Part shown: one piece after another, positions 1 to 9,507 of the stretch
Numbering within the stretch: the first letter of the stretch is position 1
Layout: every line of letters begins with the position of its first letter
DNA from: an uncultured Alphaproteobacteria bacterium
Lineage (GTDB): Bacteria; Pseudomonadota; Alphaproteobacteria; Rhizobiales; Hyphomicrobiaceae
Direction: 5' to 3'
Length of the DNA stretch: 64,000 nucleotides
Assembly (NCBI GenBank): GCA_963832445.1
Contig: CAWHUM010000026.1
Coordinates: 232,517-296,516, forward strand
The notes under the pieces: generated by a model
Told to the model about the DNA's origin: nothing
Databases searched by the model: none
What the model saw: only the letters and a program-made list of their open reading frames with translations
Position numbers and translations under genes: made by a program

Positions 1-481
1 GCGCGGTAGCATCGGAATCGCGAAATTCGCCCAACTGCGCGACTGTGCGGCGAACCAGATCGCGAGGGGCCTATTTTCGGGCAAGCCGTTGCCGATGCCG
101 GTGTTTTCGAGCAACAAGAACGGCAAGGCCATGCGCGGGCAGCTGGCCCACTTTGAGCTTTCGACCCGGCGTTTCTCAGGGCTTGCCCCGCTAGTATTCG
201 CCGAGCGGATGCCTCAGAGGCGTTCCCGCACGCGTGTGGGCGTCTCGCCCTTCAACTCCCCTCCCCTCCGCGAGACGCCCTTTTCTTGAACGTCGAGGGG
301 GCGTGGCAGGGATGGCCGCGTGCGGACCGATGTGTCAGAGGGGGGACCTCGGAGATTTGCCTGGCTGGTTGTGGCCGCATGCGGTGCGACACGCATTTTC
401 TTGAGAAGTCATTGATCTAGGTCAAACGAGAGCTGTGCAGCAGTCTGAGTAGCTCAGCGTGCCACGCAACGATTTGGGGGT

Positions 482-2914
482 TTGTCCCTATATCGTCCGT
501 TTAGCCCAAATGGCATCTCGTCCGGGTCCGAGCACGAGGTGAGGGGGGACTTCAATCTGCTGTTATCTGCGTCTCAGCGTTCCCGCGGGGTCTCTATCGG
601 CGCCGCTACATCCGCACCGCGTGAGATTTGCGCTCGACTTGCGAAAGGCCTCGCCTGTCTGCAACGCGGGGCTGCGTTCAACCGTTTGAGCATCTCCGCG
701 CGCCTGATCTTGCTCGTGCTCGGTTTGGCGCTGCCGCTCAACCTGGTCATAGTCGGCGTGATCTTGGGGCTGGTCAACCGGGCCAACGAGGTACAGCGCA
801 CAAGCCTTCTCTATGCCGCCCGGTCGATCGCGGCCGGCGTCGATGCCGAGCTCGGCAAGTACGTGGCACTGGCGGAAGCATTGTCTCGCTCACCGGCGCT
901 GCTCGACAACAATCTCGACGCGTTCGAAGCCGAGGCACGCCGAGCGATCCCGGCCGGGGCAGATGTCTGGGTACTGGTCTCTGACGTAGATGGCCAAATG
1001 CTCATGAACACTTTCCTCCAGCCGGGGCAGCCCCTTCCACGTCGCAATCCGCAGGCGATCGCCACGCAGCAACGCACATTCTCATCGCGTTCGATAGCGA
1101 TAACCGACCTCTTCAGAAGTCCGCTCACGCAGAACTGGATTGCTACGATCGACGTTCCCATCTTCAAGGGCGGCCAGCCTTTTCGCGGGCTGGCTATCAT
1201 CATGAGGCAGCGAGAATTCCTGCGCCTCCTCAATGCACAGGACATCCCGCGGAACTGGCTTGCCGGCATCATCGATGGCGAAGGCCGGTTCATTGCCCGC
1301 GTTCCAAGCGCCGAGGTTGGCCAATTCGCCTCTCAAGGGTGGCGCGCCACCAAAGATCGGCCGGGCTTGTTCGAGTTCCCCTCCATAGAGGGGGATCCAC
1401 TCATACAGGCCAATGCCCAGTCATCGATCAGCAACTGGAAGGTCGGCGTTGCGGTCAAGAAAGCGGAGAAGCGGAAGGCGGCTTGGGACACGGTGCGCTG
1501 GGCTGTCTTGCTGGGCGCTGGCCTTTCTGCTGCGAGCCTCCTGCTCGCCTGGAGCCTGGCCCGACAGATCACTCGGCCGATCGATCAGCTGCGCCAGGCG
1601 TTTGCCGACGTGTCCGAGGAACCTGGCAAGCCGATTGAGAGGGGACCACCCGAGTTACTGCACCTGCAGGACACCCTCCACCGCGCGACCATCGAGCGGA
1701 CAAACTCGAACCGGGCGCTCATGGCAGCCCTCTCCAAGCTCGAGCACGAGATGGCCCTGCGTGAGGAGGCACAGGCAGCACTGGCGCAATCGCAGCGCCT
1801 GGAAGCAATCGGCCAGCTTGCCGGCGGCATGGCGCACGACTTCAACAATGTGCTGGCGGCCATTTCCTCCTACTTGGATGCGGTCACGCTTCGCAGTACC
1901 GACGAGAAGATCCGCAATGTGATTCAAGACGCGATGGATGCAATCCAGATGGGTGCCAGCCTCACCCGCAGGCTGCTCATCCTTTCGCACCGGCAAGGGG
2001 TCGGGCTCGAGCGACTGGATCTCAATGATCGCGTCACGGGGACAGTTGAGCTGCTGAGGCGAACGCTCGGCGAGCAGGTGACCGTCTCTTTGAGGTTGTC
2101 GCCCGACCCGTGCCAGACCATAGCCAATCCCGGCGATGTCGATAATGCCATCCTCAACCTTGCGATCAACGCGCGGGATGCGATGTCAAATGGCGGCAGG
2201 CTTACGATCGAGACCCGCCACGTCACACTTGATGCAGACGGCGCGGGCCGCATCGCGAATGCCCGGCCCGGCGACTACGTGATGCTCACCGTCAGCGACA
2301 CGGGACATGGCATGAGCCCGGAGGTACTCAAGCATGCGATGGAGCCGTTGTTTACGACCAAGGAGCCCGGCAAGGGCACGGGGCTAGGCCTCGCTACGAT
2401 CCATAGCACAGTGCGGGAGTCAGGCGGCTTCGTCGCGATTGACAGCAGTCTGGGGAAGGGCACGGTCGTCCATCTGTATTTCCCCAAGGTCGAACCCGGG
2501 CCGATTGTGAGCCGTGCGACACCGTCTACCAAGGAGGTTCCCTTGGGGGATGGCGAGCTCATTCTGGTCGTCGAGGACAACGTCAAAGTGCGGAAGGCGA
2601 CCGCGAGCCGGCTTGAGTCTCTCGGCTATGCTGTTGTCGAAGCGAAGACAGGGCCAGAGGCGATCACGTTGCTCGAGTCCGGAGAGCCCATCGCCCTCGT
2701 GCTCAGCGACATCGTCATGCCTGGCGGCATGACAGGCTACGATGTGGCGGAGCGGGTTCGCTCGATGAAACCCGACCTCAAGGTGTTGCTGACCTCCGGA
2801 TACAGCGATATGCAGCTCGCGGCGAGCGAGGCTGTGCGAAAGATCAAGGTGCTCGGCAAGCCCTATACGCGGGAACAGCTCGCCCACGCACTGCGAGAGG
2901 CGCTCGACGGTTGA
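482..2914 (+). CDS. hybrid sensor histidine kinase / response regulator
   Basis: 810-aa ORF with a TM segment, extracytoplasmic sensor region, second TM and linker. H-box 'MAHDFNNVL'; ATPase boxes 'NLAINARDAM', 'DTGHGM', 'GTGLGLA'. C-terminal receiver 'ILVVEDN..LSDIVMPGGMTG..LLTSGY..GKP'. Start uncertain: the ORF opens on TTG and there is no ATG before the first TM. Confidence 0.85.
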   Translation: MSLYRPFSPNGISSGSEHEVRGDFNLLLSASQRSRGVSIGAATSAPREICARLAKGLACLQRGAAFNRLSISARLILLVLGLALPLNLVIVGVILGLVNRANEVQRTSLLYAARSIAAGVDAELGKYVALAEALSRSPALLDNNLDAFEAEARRAIPAGADVWVLVSDVDGQMLMNTFLQPGQPLPRRNPQAIATQQRTFSSRSIAITDLFRSPLTQNWIATIDVPIFKGGQPFRGLAIIMRQREFLRLLNAQDIPRNWLAGIIDGEGRFIARVPSAEVGQFASQGWRATKDRPGLFEFPSIEGDPLIQANAQSSISNWKVGVAVKKAEKRKAAWDTVRWAVLLGAGLSAASLLLAWSLARQITRPIDQLRQAFADVSEEPGKPIERGPPELLHLQDTLHRATIERTNSNRALMAALSKLEHEMALREEAQAALAQSQRLEAIGQLAGGMAHDFNNVLAAISSYLDAVTLRSTDEKIRNVIQDAMDAIQMGASLTRRLLILSHRQGVGLERLDLNDRVTGTVELLRRTLGEQVTVSLRLSPDPCQTIANPGDVDNAILNLAINARDAMSNGGRLTIETRHVTLDADGAGRIANARPGDYVMLTVSDTGHGMSPEVLKHAMEPLFTTKEPGKGTGLGLATIHSTVRESGGFVAIDSSLGKGTVVHLYFPKVEPGPIVSRATPSTKEVPLGDGELILVVEDNVKVRKATASRLESLGYAVVEAKTGPEAITLLESGEPIALVLSDIVMPGGMTGYDVAERVRSMKPDLKVLLTSGYSDMQLAASEAVRKIKVLGKPYTREQLAHALREALDG

Positions 2915-3010
2915 CGGCGTCCGGATAGCCTAGCCAACCTACGGCGCTGCGTACGAGAGCAGGGATTGAGAGCTCGCGTTACCAATAGCCTCCACAGAGG
3001 AAGTTCGCGC

Positions 3011-3403
3011 ATGCCATTCCGTGATCTTGTTCTCCTTCTCCGTGATCTTGTTCATAGGGTCCCCCGCCAGGGCCGGCGACTGCGGCTCTTCAAGCTTGCG
3101 CTCGTTTGCTCTTGCCTGGTCAGCGCATCACTTGCCGACGCGCAAGAACCAGGGAACGCGGGGCGCGGACTTGCCTACGCGCAGCGGCAATGCTCCGGCT
3201 GTCATGCCGTGCAAGCAGGACAGCCTTCGCCACGACCGCCCATTGCCACATTCAAACAGATCGCCAACACTCCTGGTATGAACAGGATGGCACTCATAGT
3301 TTGGTTTCAAAGCCCGCATCCGAACATGCCGAACCTGATCCTCGAGCCCGGCGACCGGGACGACGTCATCGCCTACATTGTCAGTCTGCGGGACGCGAAG
3401 TGA
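3011..3403 (+). CDS. c-type cytochrome (single CxxCH)
   Basis: Haem-binding motif 'CSGCH' and signal-like 'LALVCSCLVSASLADA'. ATG at 3011 chosen inside ORF 2966..3403. Confidence 0.75.
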   Translation: MPFRDLVLLLRDLVHRVPRQGRRLRLFKLALVCSCLVSASLADAQEPGNAGRGLAYAQRQCSGCHAVQAGQPSPRPPIATFKQIANTPGMNRMALIVWFQSPHPNMPNLILEPGDRDDVIAYIVSLRDAK

Positions 3404-3692
3404 GCGCCAGCGAAGTCGCCCGCTCGCGACGAGGCGATCGAGTAGAAACCATTTGTTACGGCGCATGAGTCCGGACCTGGCACGCTTGCCCCGTGCGGGG
3501 CTGACCGGCGAATTGTTGGGTCTCGACGGTCGCAAAGGCTGTTGGCAACCGGCGCAGCCGGTCGTCTATGAGACCGCGGCTAGCGCGACGTAGCGGACTT
3601 CTCGATCAAAGCACTGGAAACGGCCACCGGACCGCCGTAAATCGGGACTACGCGGCCCGCCTTCCTGGCGCCCCCGCGCACCCACGCAGGCA

Positions 3693-4610
3693 ATGCAAAT
3701 CTACCTTCCCATCGCCGAGCTGTCGCTCAATGTGCTGCTTCTGCTGGGCATGGGGTTCGCCATCGGCTTCCTGTCGGGAATGTTCGGGGTGGGCGGTGGC
3801 TTCATCCTGACGCCGCTCCTGATCTTCCTCGGCGTGCCGCCGGCGGTGGCGGTGGGCACCAGCGCCAGCCAGGTGGTGGCGGCTTCCGTGTCGGGCGCGG
3901 TTGGGCACTGGCGGCGCAACAACATCGACGTGCAGATGGGGTGGCTGCTGATCGGCGGCGGTTTCGTCGGCGCCGTGATCGGCGTGCGAGTGCTCGGGTG
4001 GCTGAAGGCCAGCGGCCAGCTCGATCTGTCGGTGACGCTCATGTACGTGGTGCTGCTGGGCGTGGTGGGCGGCCTGATGCTGATCGAGAGCGTGCAAACC
4101 CTGCGCGCGCCGGCCATCAAGGCCTCGGCCGGCCGGCGCCGCGGCGGCGGGCATACCTGGGTCGAGGGCCTGCCGCTGAAGATGCGCTTTCGCCATTCGC
4201 GGATTTACGCCAGCACCATCCCCTTCGTGGTGGTCGGCGCCTTCATCGGCCTCTTGACGGGCGTCATGGGGGTGGGCGGCGGCTTCCTGCTGGTGCCGGC
4301 GATGATCTATCTGTTGCGCATCCCGACCCGCATCGTGATCGGCACCTCCACCTTCCAGATCGTGTGCGTGACGGCGTTCGCCACCGTGCTGCAGGCGGCC
4401 CTCAACCACACCGTCGACCTGCTGCTGTCGCTGCCGCTGATGGCGGGCAGCGTGGTCGGCGCGCAGTTCGGGGTCGGCTACTCGGAGCGCTTCAAGGCAG
4501 AGCAGCTGCGCGCGCTGCTGGCGCTGATCGTGCTGGCGGTGGCCGTGCGCATGGCGCTGGGGCTGGTGGTGCGGCCCTCCGACCTCTACAGCATCGAGCT
4601 GCCCGGGTAG
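3693..4610 (+). CDS. TauE/SafE (TSUP) family anion permease
   Basis: 305-aa polytopic ORF with the duplicated 'GVGGGF' motif typical of TSUP/TauE proteins. Confidence 0.85.
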   Translation: MQIYLPIAELSLNVLLLLGMGFAIGFLSGMFGVGGGFILTPLLIFLGVPPAVAVGTSASQVVAASVSGAVGHWRRNNIDVQMGWLLIGGGFVGAVIGVRVLGWLKASGQLDLSVTLMYVVLLGVVGGLMLIESVQTLRAPAIKASAGRRRGGGHTWVEGLPLKMRFRHSRIYASTIPFVVVGAFIGLLTGVMGVGGGFLLVPAMIYLLRIPTRIVIGTSTFQIVCVTAFATVLQAALNHTVDLLLSLPLMAGSVVGAQFGVGYSERFKAEQLRALLALIVLAVAVRMALGLVVRPSDLYSIELPG

Positions 4611-4686
4611 GGCTGCGCGTCGCGTGGCGCGACGCGGCGCTGCGCACGTGCCGCGTATGTGCAACCGGGGCCGCGCATGGGACTCG

Positions 4687-5025
4687 CTATTCGCCGTCGC
4701 CGGCGCGCTGCAGTGGCCGCGCCCGGCTCGCGGCCAGCTCCAGGCGGTAGACGCGCAGAAGCTCCGCGTGGCGCGCCAGGTCGTAGGTCCAGTGCCCGGC
4801 GATGCCGCGCCGCCGCTCCGCGCGCAGGGCACGGGCCAGCCTGGCAAGGATCCGCGCACGCCCGTGCGGGCTCTGGTCCTCCACCTCGTGCGGCCACAGC
4901 GGCAGGATGCGCGGCAGCTCCGCGCGGCGGTCGTAGGGCCTCTGCCTGCGGCGCGGCGCGCAGTGCGCGTGGGGCCGCTCGGGCCGGTTGCGGGGTGGCA
5001 GCTGCCGGTTGCTGGTCATTTGCAT
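4687..5025 (-). CDS. small basic hypothetical protein (112 aa)
   Basis: Internal ATG of ORF 4687..5145, beginning 'MQMTSNRQLPP..'. Arg-rich, ending '..GHWTYDLARHAELLRVYRLE..'. Divergent from the HTH gene. Coding status inferred only from length and position. Confidence 0.4.
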   Translation of the reverse strand: MQMTSNRQLPPRNRPERPHAHCAPRRRQRPYDRRAELPRILPLWPHEVEDQSPHGRARILARLARALRAERRRGIAGHWTYDLARHAELLRVYRLELAASRARPLQRAGDGE

Positions 5026-5237
5026 CGTGCGGGCCGGGGCCGCTCCAGGTGAACCGGCCGAGCATGACACGCCGCCGCAGAGCGGGGATTGCGCGGGCGG
5101 CGGCCCGCTCCCAGGCGCCGATGCTCCGCTATCCCCGCAGTTCACCAGTTCCCTACAATGGGCCTGGCGAACGGCACCGCGTTCTGTATCATCCGCCAGC
5201 TGCCGTTCATGACGTCTACGCCGTTGCTACGGATTGG

Positions 5238-5636
5238 ATGACCATGTTGGGCAGCTCTCTCGTCGATTTTCCTCCGCAGTCCTTGCCGCACCCCCGGCCG
5301 CCGTGCCGGCGCGCCGCACCCCTTCTGACAGATCAGCATCTGCGCCTTCTCCTCGAGCAGACGGTGGCGCCCGCCTTTCCGGTGGCGTCGATCGCGCTGT
5401 GGGCAGAGACGCGGGGCAGCCCGGAAGCGGCGCTCGCCCGGCAAGCCGCCATGTACCTGGCGCACGTCGGCTGCGGCTTGACCTTCACCGAGATCGGCCG
5501 GCTGTTCCGCCGCGATCGCACCACGGTGGCGCACGCCTGCGGCCGCATCGAGGATAGGCGCGAGAGCGTGCCCTTCGATCGCGCGCTCGAACTGCTCGAG
5601 GGCGTCGTGCGCCTCATGGCGTCGCGGCCGGCATAA
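5238..5636 (+). CDS. DnaA-domain-IV-like helix-turn-helix protein (GafY-like candidate)
   Basis: C-terminal 'AMYLAHVGCGLTFTEIGRLFRRDRTTVAHACGRIEDRRE' closely resembles the DnaA C-terminal DNA-binding domain. ATG at 5238 is in frame inside ORF 4659..5636; the start is uncertain. Confidence 0.7.
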   Translation: MTMLGSSLVDFPPQSLPHPRPPCRRAAPLLTDQHLRLLLEQTVAPAFPVASIALWAETRGSPEAALARQAAMYLAHVGCGLTFTEIGRLFRRDRTTVAHACGRIEDRRESVPFDRALELLEGVVRLMASRPA

Positions 5637-5655
5637 TCAGCGGCAGGGCTTGTCG

Positions 5656-6498
5656 ATGTCGAGGGCCAACCGCGCCGCCCGCGCGCTCGTGATCGCCGAG
5701 GCCAAGGCGGCGCTCGCCCGGCTCGCCGGCGAGGGCGCCTACCTCGCCGCGGATCGCGCACCCGGCAGCCCGGCGGACGCGTGCGCCATCCATGCGCCAC
5801 AGGACGGCACTGGCGGCAGCGCCGAGCCCGTCGGCCACGTCTCGCGCCCGGCCATCGCTTACTGCCTGCGCAAGGGCTGGCTCGAGTGGGACGAGCCAGG
5901 CCGCTGCCTGCGACTCGGCAAGGCCGGTAAGTGCGCGCTGGCAGCCGAGCAGGGCCGGGCGCGCCGCGCCGGGCGCAAGCCCGCGCCAACGGCGGTGCCG
6001 CGCCTGCCCGCCGAGACGCCGCTCGCCCTGCTGCGGCGCCGCCGCCACAAGGACGGCCGGCCGCTCGTCAGCGATACCCAATTCGGTGCCGCCGAGATGC
6101 TGGCGGCCGATTTCTGGCACGGGCAGCTCGCGCCGAGGGTCACCGCCAACTGGTCGGCGATGGTGCCGGCGCACCGGGTCCGCCGCGCCACGCCGGGCAC
6201 GGGCGCGGAGATGCGCGATGCCATGCTGGCCGCGCGCCAGCGCTTCCACCGCGCGCTCGACGCTGTGGGGCCGGAGCTCGCGGGCGTCCTCGTCGATGTG
6301 TGCTGCCGCGACATGGGCCTCGAAGCGGCAGGCCGCGCATCGGGCTGGCCGCAGCGCGCGGCCAAGGTGGTGCTCGACCTCGCCCTGACGCGGCTTGCCC
6401 GCCACTACGGCCTGATCGCGCCGGAGCGCCCGGCCGCGGGCCGCATGCGCCACTGGGGCGACGACGATTTCAGGCCGACCATCGATCAGTGGCGCTAG
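5656..6498 (+). CDS. DUF6456-type protein (GafZ-like candidate)
   Basis: ORF 5650..6498 with first ATG at 5656, starting 19 nt after the HTH gene. The Arg-rich linker followed by '..LGAAEMLAADFWHGQL..VLVDVCCRDMGLE..' is recalled as the DUF6456 pattern. The family call is from memory. Confidence 0.6.
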   Translation: MSRANRAARALVIAEAKAALARLAGEGAYLAADRAPGSPADACAIHAPQDGTGGSAEPVGHVSRPAIAYCLRKGWLEWDEPGRCLRLGKAGKCALAAEQGRARRAGRKPAPTAVPRLPAETPLALLRRRRHKDGRPLVSDTQFGAAEMLAADFWHGQLAPRVTANWSAMVPAHRVRRATPGTGAEMRDAMLAARQRFHRALDAVGPELAGVLVDVCCRDMGLEAAGRASGWPQRAAKVVLDLALTRLARHYGLIAPERPAAGRMRHWGDDDFRPTIDQWR

Positions 6499-6638
6499 AG
6501 CGATATCACGCTGCGCGACCTCTTGGACAAGTATCCAAGGTGAACTCGATAGCAATACATGGTTGCCGCAATGTTTTCCACCTGCGTTTTGGGCATCCTC
6601 CGCGCATCGGTCGCGTCGCCGATCGAATGGAGGTCGAC

Positions 6639-7394
6639 ATGAAGATCGTCGTCATAGGAGGCAGCGGTCTCATCGGCACCAAAATTGTGAACCGGCTCCG
6701 TCAGAGCGGCCATGAGGTCGTGGCGGCCTCGCCCAATTCGGGCGTCAACACCATCACCGGTGAGGGGCTTGCCGAAGCGCTTGCGGGCGCACAAGTCGTC
6801 GTCGACGTGGCGAACTCGCCATCGTTCGAGGACAAGGCCGTCATGGAGTTCTTCCAGACGTCCGGCCGCAATCTGCTGGCCGCGGAAGCGGCCGCGGGTG
6901 TCGGACATCACCTCGCACTGTCTGTCGTCGGCGCCGACCGCCTTCCCGACAGCGGTTACTTGCGCGCCAAGGTGGCCCAGGAAAGTCTGATCAAGGCCTC
7001 CAAGACTCCCTACACGATCCTGCGCTCGACGCAGTTCTTCGAGTTTGTCGGCGCCATCATCAAATCCGGCACCGTCGGCGACGTGATCCGCCTGTCGCCC
7101 GCTCTCTTCCAACCCATTGCTTCGGATGACGTCGCTGCCGCGCTTGCCGATCTCACCGTCGGACGGCCGCTCAACGCCACCGTCGAGGTGGCAGGCCCCG
7201 AGCGGTGCCCGCTCGACAAGTGCGCCAGACAGTTCCTCGCCGCAAACCAAGACAAGCGTGGCGTGATTGCAGACGTGCACGCACGCTACTTCGGCGCCGA
7301 GCTGAACGATCAATCCCTTACACCCGGCGAGAACCCGCGCATCGGCGCAATTCGTTTCGACGACTGGCTCAAGCAGTCTTTGGCGAAGCGATGA
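6639..7394 (+). CDS. NAD(P)H-binding NmrA/SDR-like oxidoreductase
   Basis: 'MKIVVIGGSGLIGTKIV' Rossmann motif, with GGAG 6-7 nt upstream of the ATG at 6639. In frame within ORF 5931..7394. Confidence 0.85.
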   Translation: MKIVVIGGSGLIGTKIVNRLRQSGHEVVAASPNSGVNTITGEGLAEALAGAQVVVDVANSPSFEDKAVMEFFQTSGRNLLAAEAAAGVGHHLALSVVGADRLPDSGYLRAKVAQESLIKASKTPYTILRSTQFFEFVGAIIKSGTVGDVIRLSPALFQPIASDDVAAALADLTVGRPLNATVEVAGPERCPLDKCARQFLAANQDKRGVIADVHARYFGAELNDQSLTPGENPRIGAIRFDDWLKQSLAKR

Positions 7395-7451
7395 GTCCCC
7401 CGCGCGCGGCAAAGCCATCCCTTTCTTCACCCCAGCAAAGGACCCAAAACC

Positions 7452-8273
7452 ATGAGCACGATCACTACCAAAGACGGCACGCAGATCTACTACAAGGATT
7501 GGGGCAAGGGCCCGGTCGTCACCTTCTCGCACGGCTGGCCGCTCAGCTCAGATGCCTGGGACGGCCAGATGCTGTTCCTGGCGCAGCAAGGCTTCCGTGT
7601 GGTCGCGCACGACCGGCGTGGCCATGGCCGCTCGAGCCAGGCCTCGTCCGGCAACGACATGAACGGCTACGCCGACGATCTGGCGGCCGTAATCGAGGCG
7701 CTCGATCTCACACGAGTGACGGCGGTGGGCCACTCCACCGGCGGCGGCGAGGTCGCGCGCTACATCGGACGCCACGGCACGAAGCGGGTCGCCAAAGCGG
7801 TCCTGATCGCCGCCGTGCCACCCCTCGTGCTGAAGACGGAGGCCAATCCGGAGGGCCTGCCGATGGAGCTGTTCGACGGCCTGCGCGCCGGGCTCTTCAA
7901 GGACCGCTCGCAATTCTACAAGGACCTTGCGCCGATGTTCTATGGCGCCAACAGGCCGGGCGCCAAGGTCTCGCAGGGAACGCTGGATCAGTTCTGGCTC
8001 TGGAGCATGCAGTCCGGGCTCAAGAACGCGTACGAGAGTATCAAAGCGTTCTCCGAGACCGACTTCACCGAGGACCTCAAGAAGTTCGACGTGCCGACCC
8101 TGGTTCTGCACGGCGAGGACGACCAGGTCGTTCCCGTCAAGAACTCGGCCGTGAAGTCGGCGCGGCTGATCAAGGGCGCCAAGGAGAAATATTATCCGGG
8201 CGCACCGCACGGCATCACCGCCACCCATCAGGATCAGATCAACGCCGATCTGCTCGCCTTCATCAAGGCGTAA
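7452..8273 (+). CDS. alpha/beta hydrolase (non-haem chloroperoxidase/arylesterase type)
   Basis: 273 aa. Contains '[19 protein letters not shown]', nucleophile elbow 'GHSTGGG', and C-terminal 'PHG' histidine. Confidence 0.85.
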   Translation: MSTITTKDGTQIYYKDWGKGPVVTFSHGWPLSSDAWDGQMLFLAQQGFRVVAHDRRGHGRSSQASSGNDMNGYADDLAAVIEALDLTRVTAVGHSTGGGEVARYIGRHGTKRVAKAVLIAAVPPLVLKTEANPEGLPMELFDGLRAGLFKDRSQFYKDLAPMFYGANRPGAKVSQGTLDQFWLWSMQSGLKNAYESIKAFSETDFTEDLKKFDVPTLVLHGEDDQVVPVKNSAVKSARLIKGAKEKYYPGAPHGITATHQDQINADLLAFIKA

Positions 8274-8279
8274 CGGCTG

Positions 8280-8310
8280 GGCATGCAGGCCCCACTTGGG
8301 CCTGCATGCC
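8280..8310 (+). terminator. 12-bp GC-rich hairpin immediately after the hydrolase stop
   Basis: 'ggcatgcaggcc' ... 'ggcctgcatgcc' with a 7-nt loop, 7 nt after the stop codon. There is no clear U-tract. Confidence 0.45.
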
Positions 8311-8633
8311 TCGCCTGTGCTCCAGCCTCGGAATGGCTCACCGGACTGGTGATCGCCGAAGCTCAGCGTACGGTTGCGCTGCAACTCGTCCGACATCTGA
8401 ACCCGGGGTGCGGCTCGAGTGGCTCGGCACGCCGTCGACATTGTTGCAGCGCACGGGGAAGGTGAATGACGCCGCTTCTGGAAGTAGGAGCGGTTCACAT
8501 AGCCGGTTCTTGTAAGCCGTGTGCCGAAGTCAGCGGTGAGCCGAGCGGCGGTTACGTTGACTACGTATTTATCAAGAGCCCTCGCGCGTGCAGCCTTATG
8601 TTCCCGTTGCGGGCTGGCGCGAGGTAGCGTGAC

Positions 8634-9485
8634 ATGCGTGAAAACAAGCAAGAGTCAAAAGGCAAGCAGCTGGCCGCCGCTCGCCACCGGTCTGTCGATG
8701 CGGGACAGGACGAGCACCTCAAGCGCAAGGACTACGAGAGCGAGCTGCGCAGGCTGCACGTGAAGCTGGTCGAGCTTCAGGAATGGGTCAGGCACGAGGG
8801 CAAGAAGGTCTGCATCGTTTTCGAGGGGCGGGACGGCGCCGGCAAGGGTGGCGCAATCAAGGCCATCACCGCCAGGGTCAGCCCCCGCATCTTCCGCGTG
8901 GTCGCCCTTCCCGCACCGACCGACCGGGAAAAGACGCAGATGTACATCCAGCGGTATCTGCCGCACCTGCCGTCCGGCGGCGAGATCGTGATCTTCGACC
9001 GCAGCTGGTACAATCGCGCCGGCGTCGAGCGCGTCATGGGGTTCTGCACAGAGGACGAAGCCAAGCGCTTTCTCGGCGTGGTGCCTCAGGTGGAGAAGGC
9101 CATGGTCGACTCGGGGATCGTTCTCATCAAGTACTGGCTCGAGGTGAGCCCCGAAGAGCAGGAACGGCGGCTCAAGGCGCGGATCGACGACGGCCGCAAG
9201 ATCTGGAAGCTCACCAAGATGGATTTGAAGTCATTCACACGCTGGGACGACTACACCCGCGCGCGCGATGAGATGTTCATGGCGACCGATACCGCATGGG
9301 CACCGTGGTTCGTCGTTCGCTCGGACGACAAGAGGCGGGCACGGCTGAACATCATCGAGCATCTGCTCGCAAATATTCCCTACGAGCGCGTGCCGCGTGC
9401 GAGAGTGAAGCTGCCTGTGCGCCGTATAGCAGAGCGCGATCGAACGCCTCGGCTCTCGCTGAAGATGATTGCCGAGGTGCACTAA
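8634..9485 (+). CDS. ppk2: polyphosphate kinase 2
   Basis: 283 aa. P-loop 'FEGRDGAGKGG' and 'FDRSWYNR' are typical of PPK2. Confidence 0.9.
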   Translation: MRENKQESKGKQLAAARHRSVDAGQDEHLKRKDYESELRRLHVKLVELQEWVRHEGKKVCIVFEGRDGAGKGGAIKAITARVSPRIFRVVALPAPTDREKTQMYIQRYLPHLPSGGEIVIFDRSWYNRAGVERVMGFCTEDEAKRFLGVVPQVEKAMVDSGIVLIKYWLEVSPEEQERRLKARIDDGRKIWKLTKMDLKSFTRWDDYTRARDEMFMATDTAWAPWFVVRSDDKRRARLNIIEHLLANIPYERVPRARVKLPVRRIAERDRTPRLSLKMIAEVH

Positions 9486-9507
9486 GAGCCCAGCGTCGGG
9501 TTGAACC

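Noticed and set aside
17-29. 13-mer 'atcgcgaaattcg' shared with the hairpin arms at 30104-30116 and 30141-30153 (a related 'cgcgaaatttcg' occurs at 34801).
   Set aside because: The copy at 17-29 probably lies in coding sequence. A single 13-mer match could be chance, so it is not enough to call a repeat family member.
1-132. Possible 5' end of a minus-strand gene ('MALPFLLLENTGIGNGLPENRPLAIWFAAQSRSWANFAIPMLPR') running off the left edge.
   Set aside because: Only 44 codons are visible with no recognisable motif, so it is not reported as a feature.
3648-4859. Long ORFs antisense to real genes (e.g. 3648..4859, 5614..6555, 10908..12137, 23103..24716, 58477..59907, 59977..61794).
   Set aside because: Their translations are Arg/Ala/Gly/Pro-rich and motif-free, and they lie opposite well-supported genes. 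This is the usual stop-codon scarcity of high-G+C DNA.
8311-8633. 320-nt spacer between the hydrolase terminator hairpin and ppk2, checked for a gene remnant.
   Set aside because: No frame on either strand gave a recognisable protein fragment or repeat.
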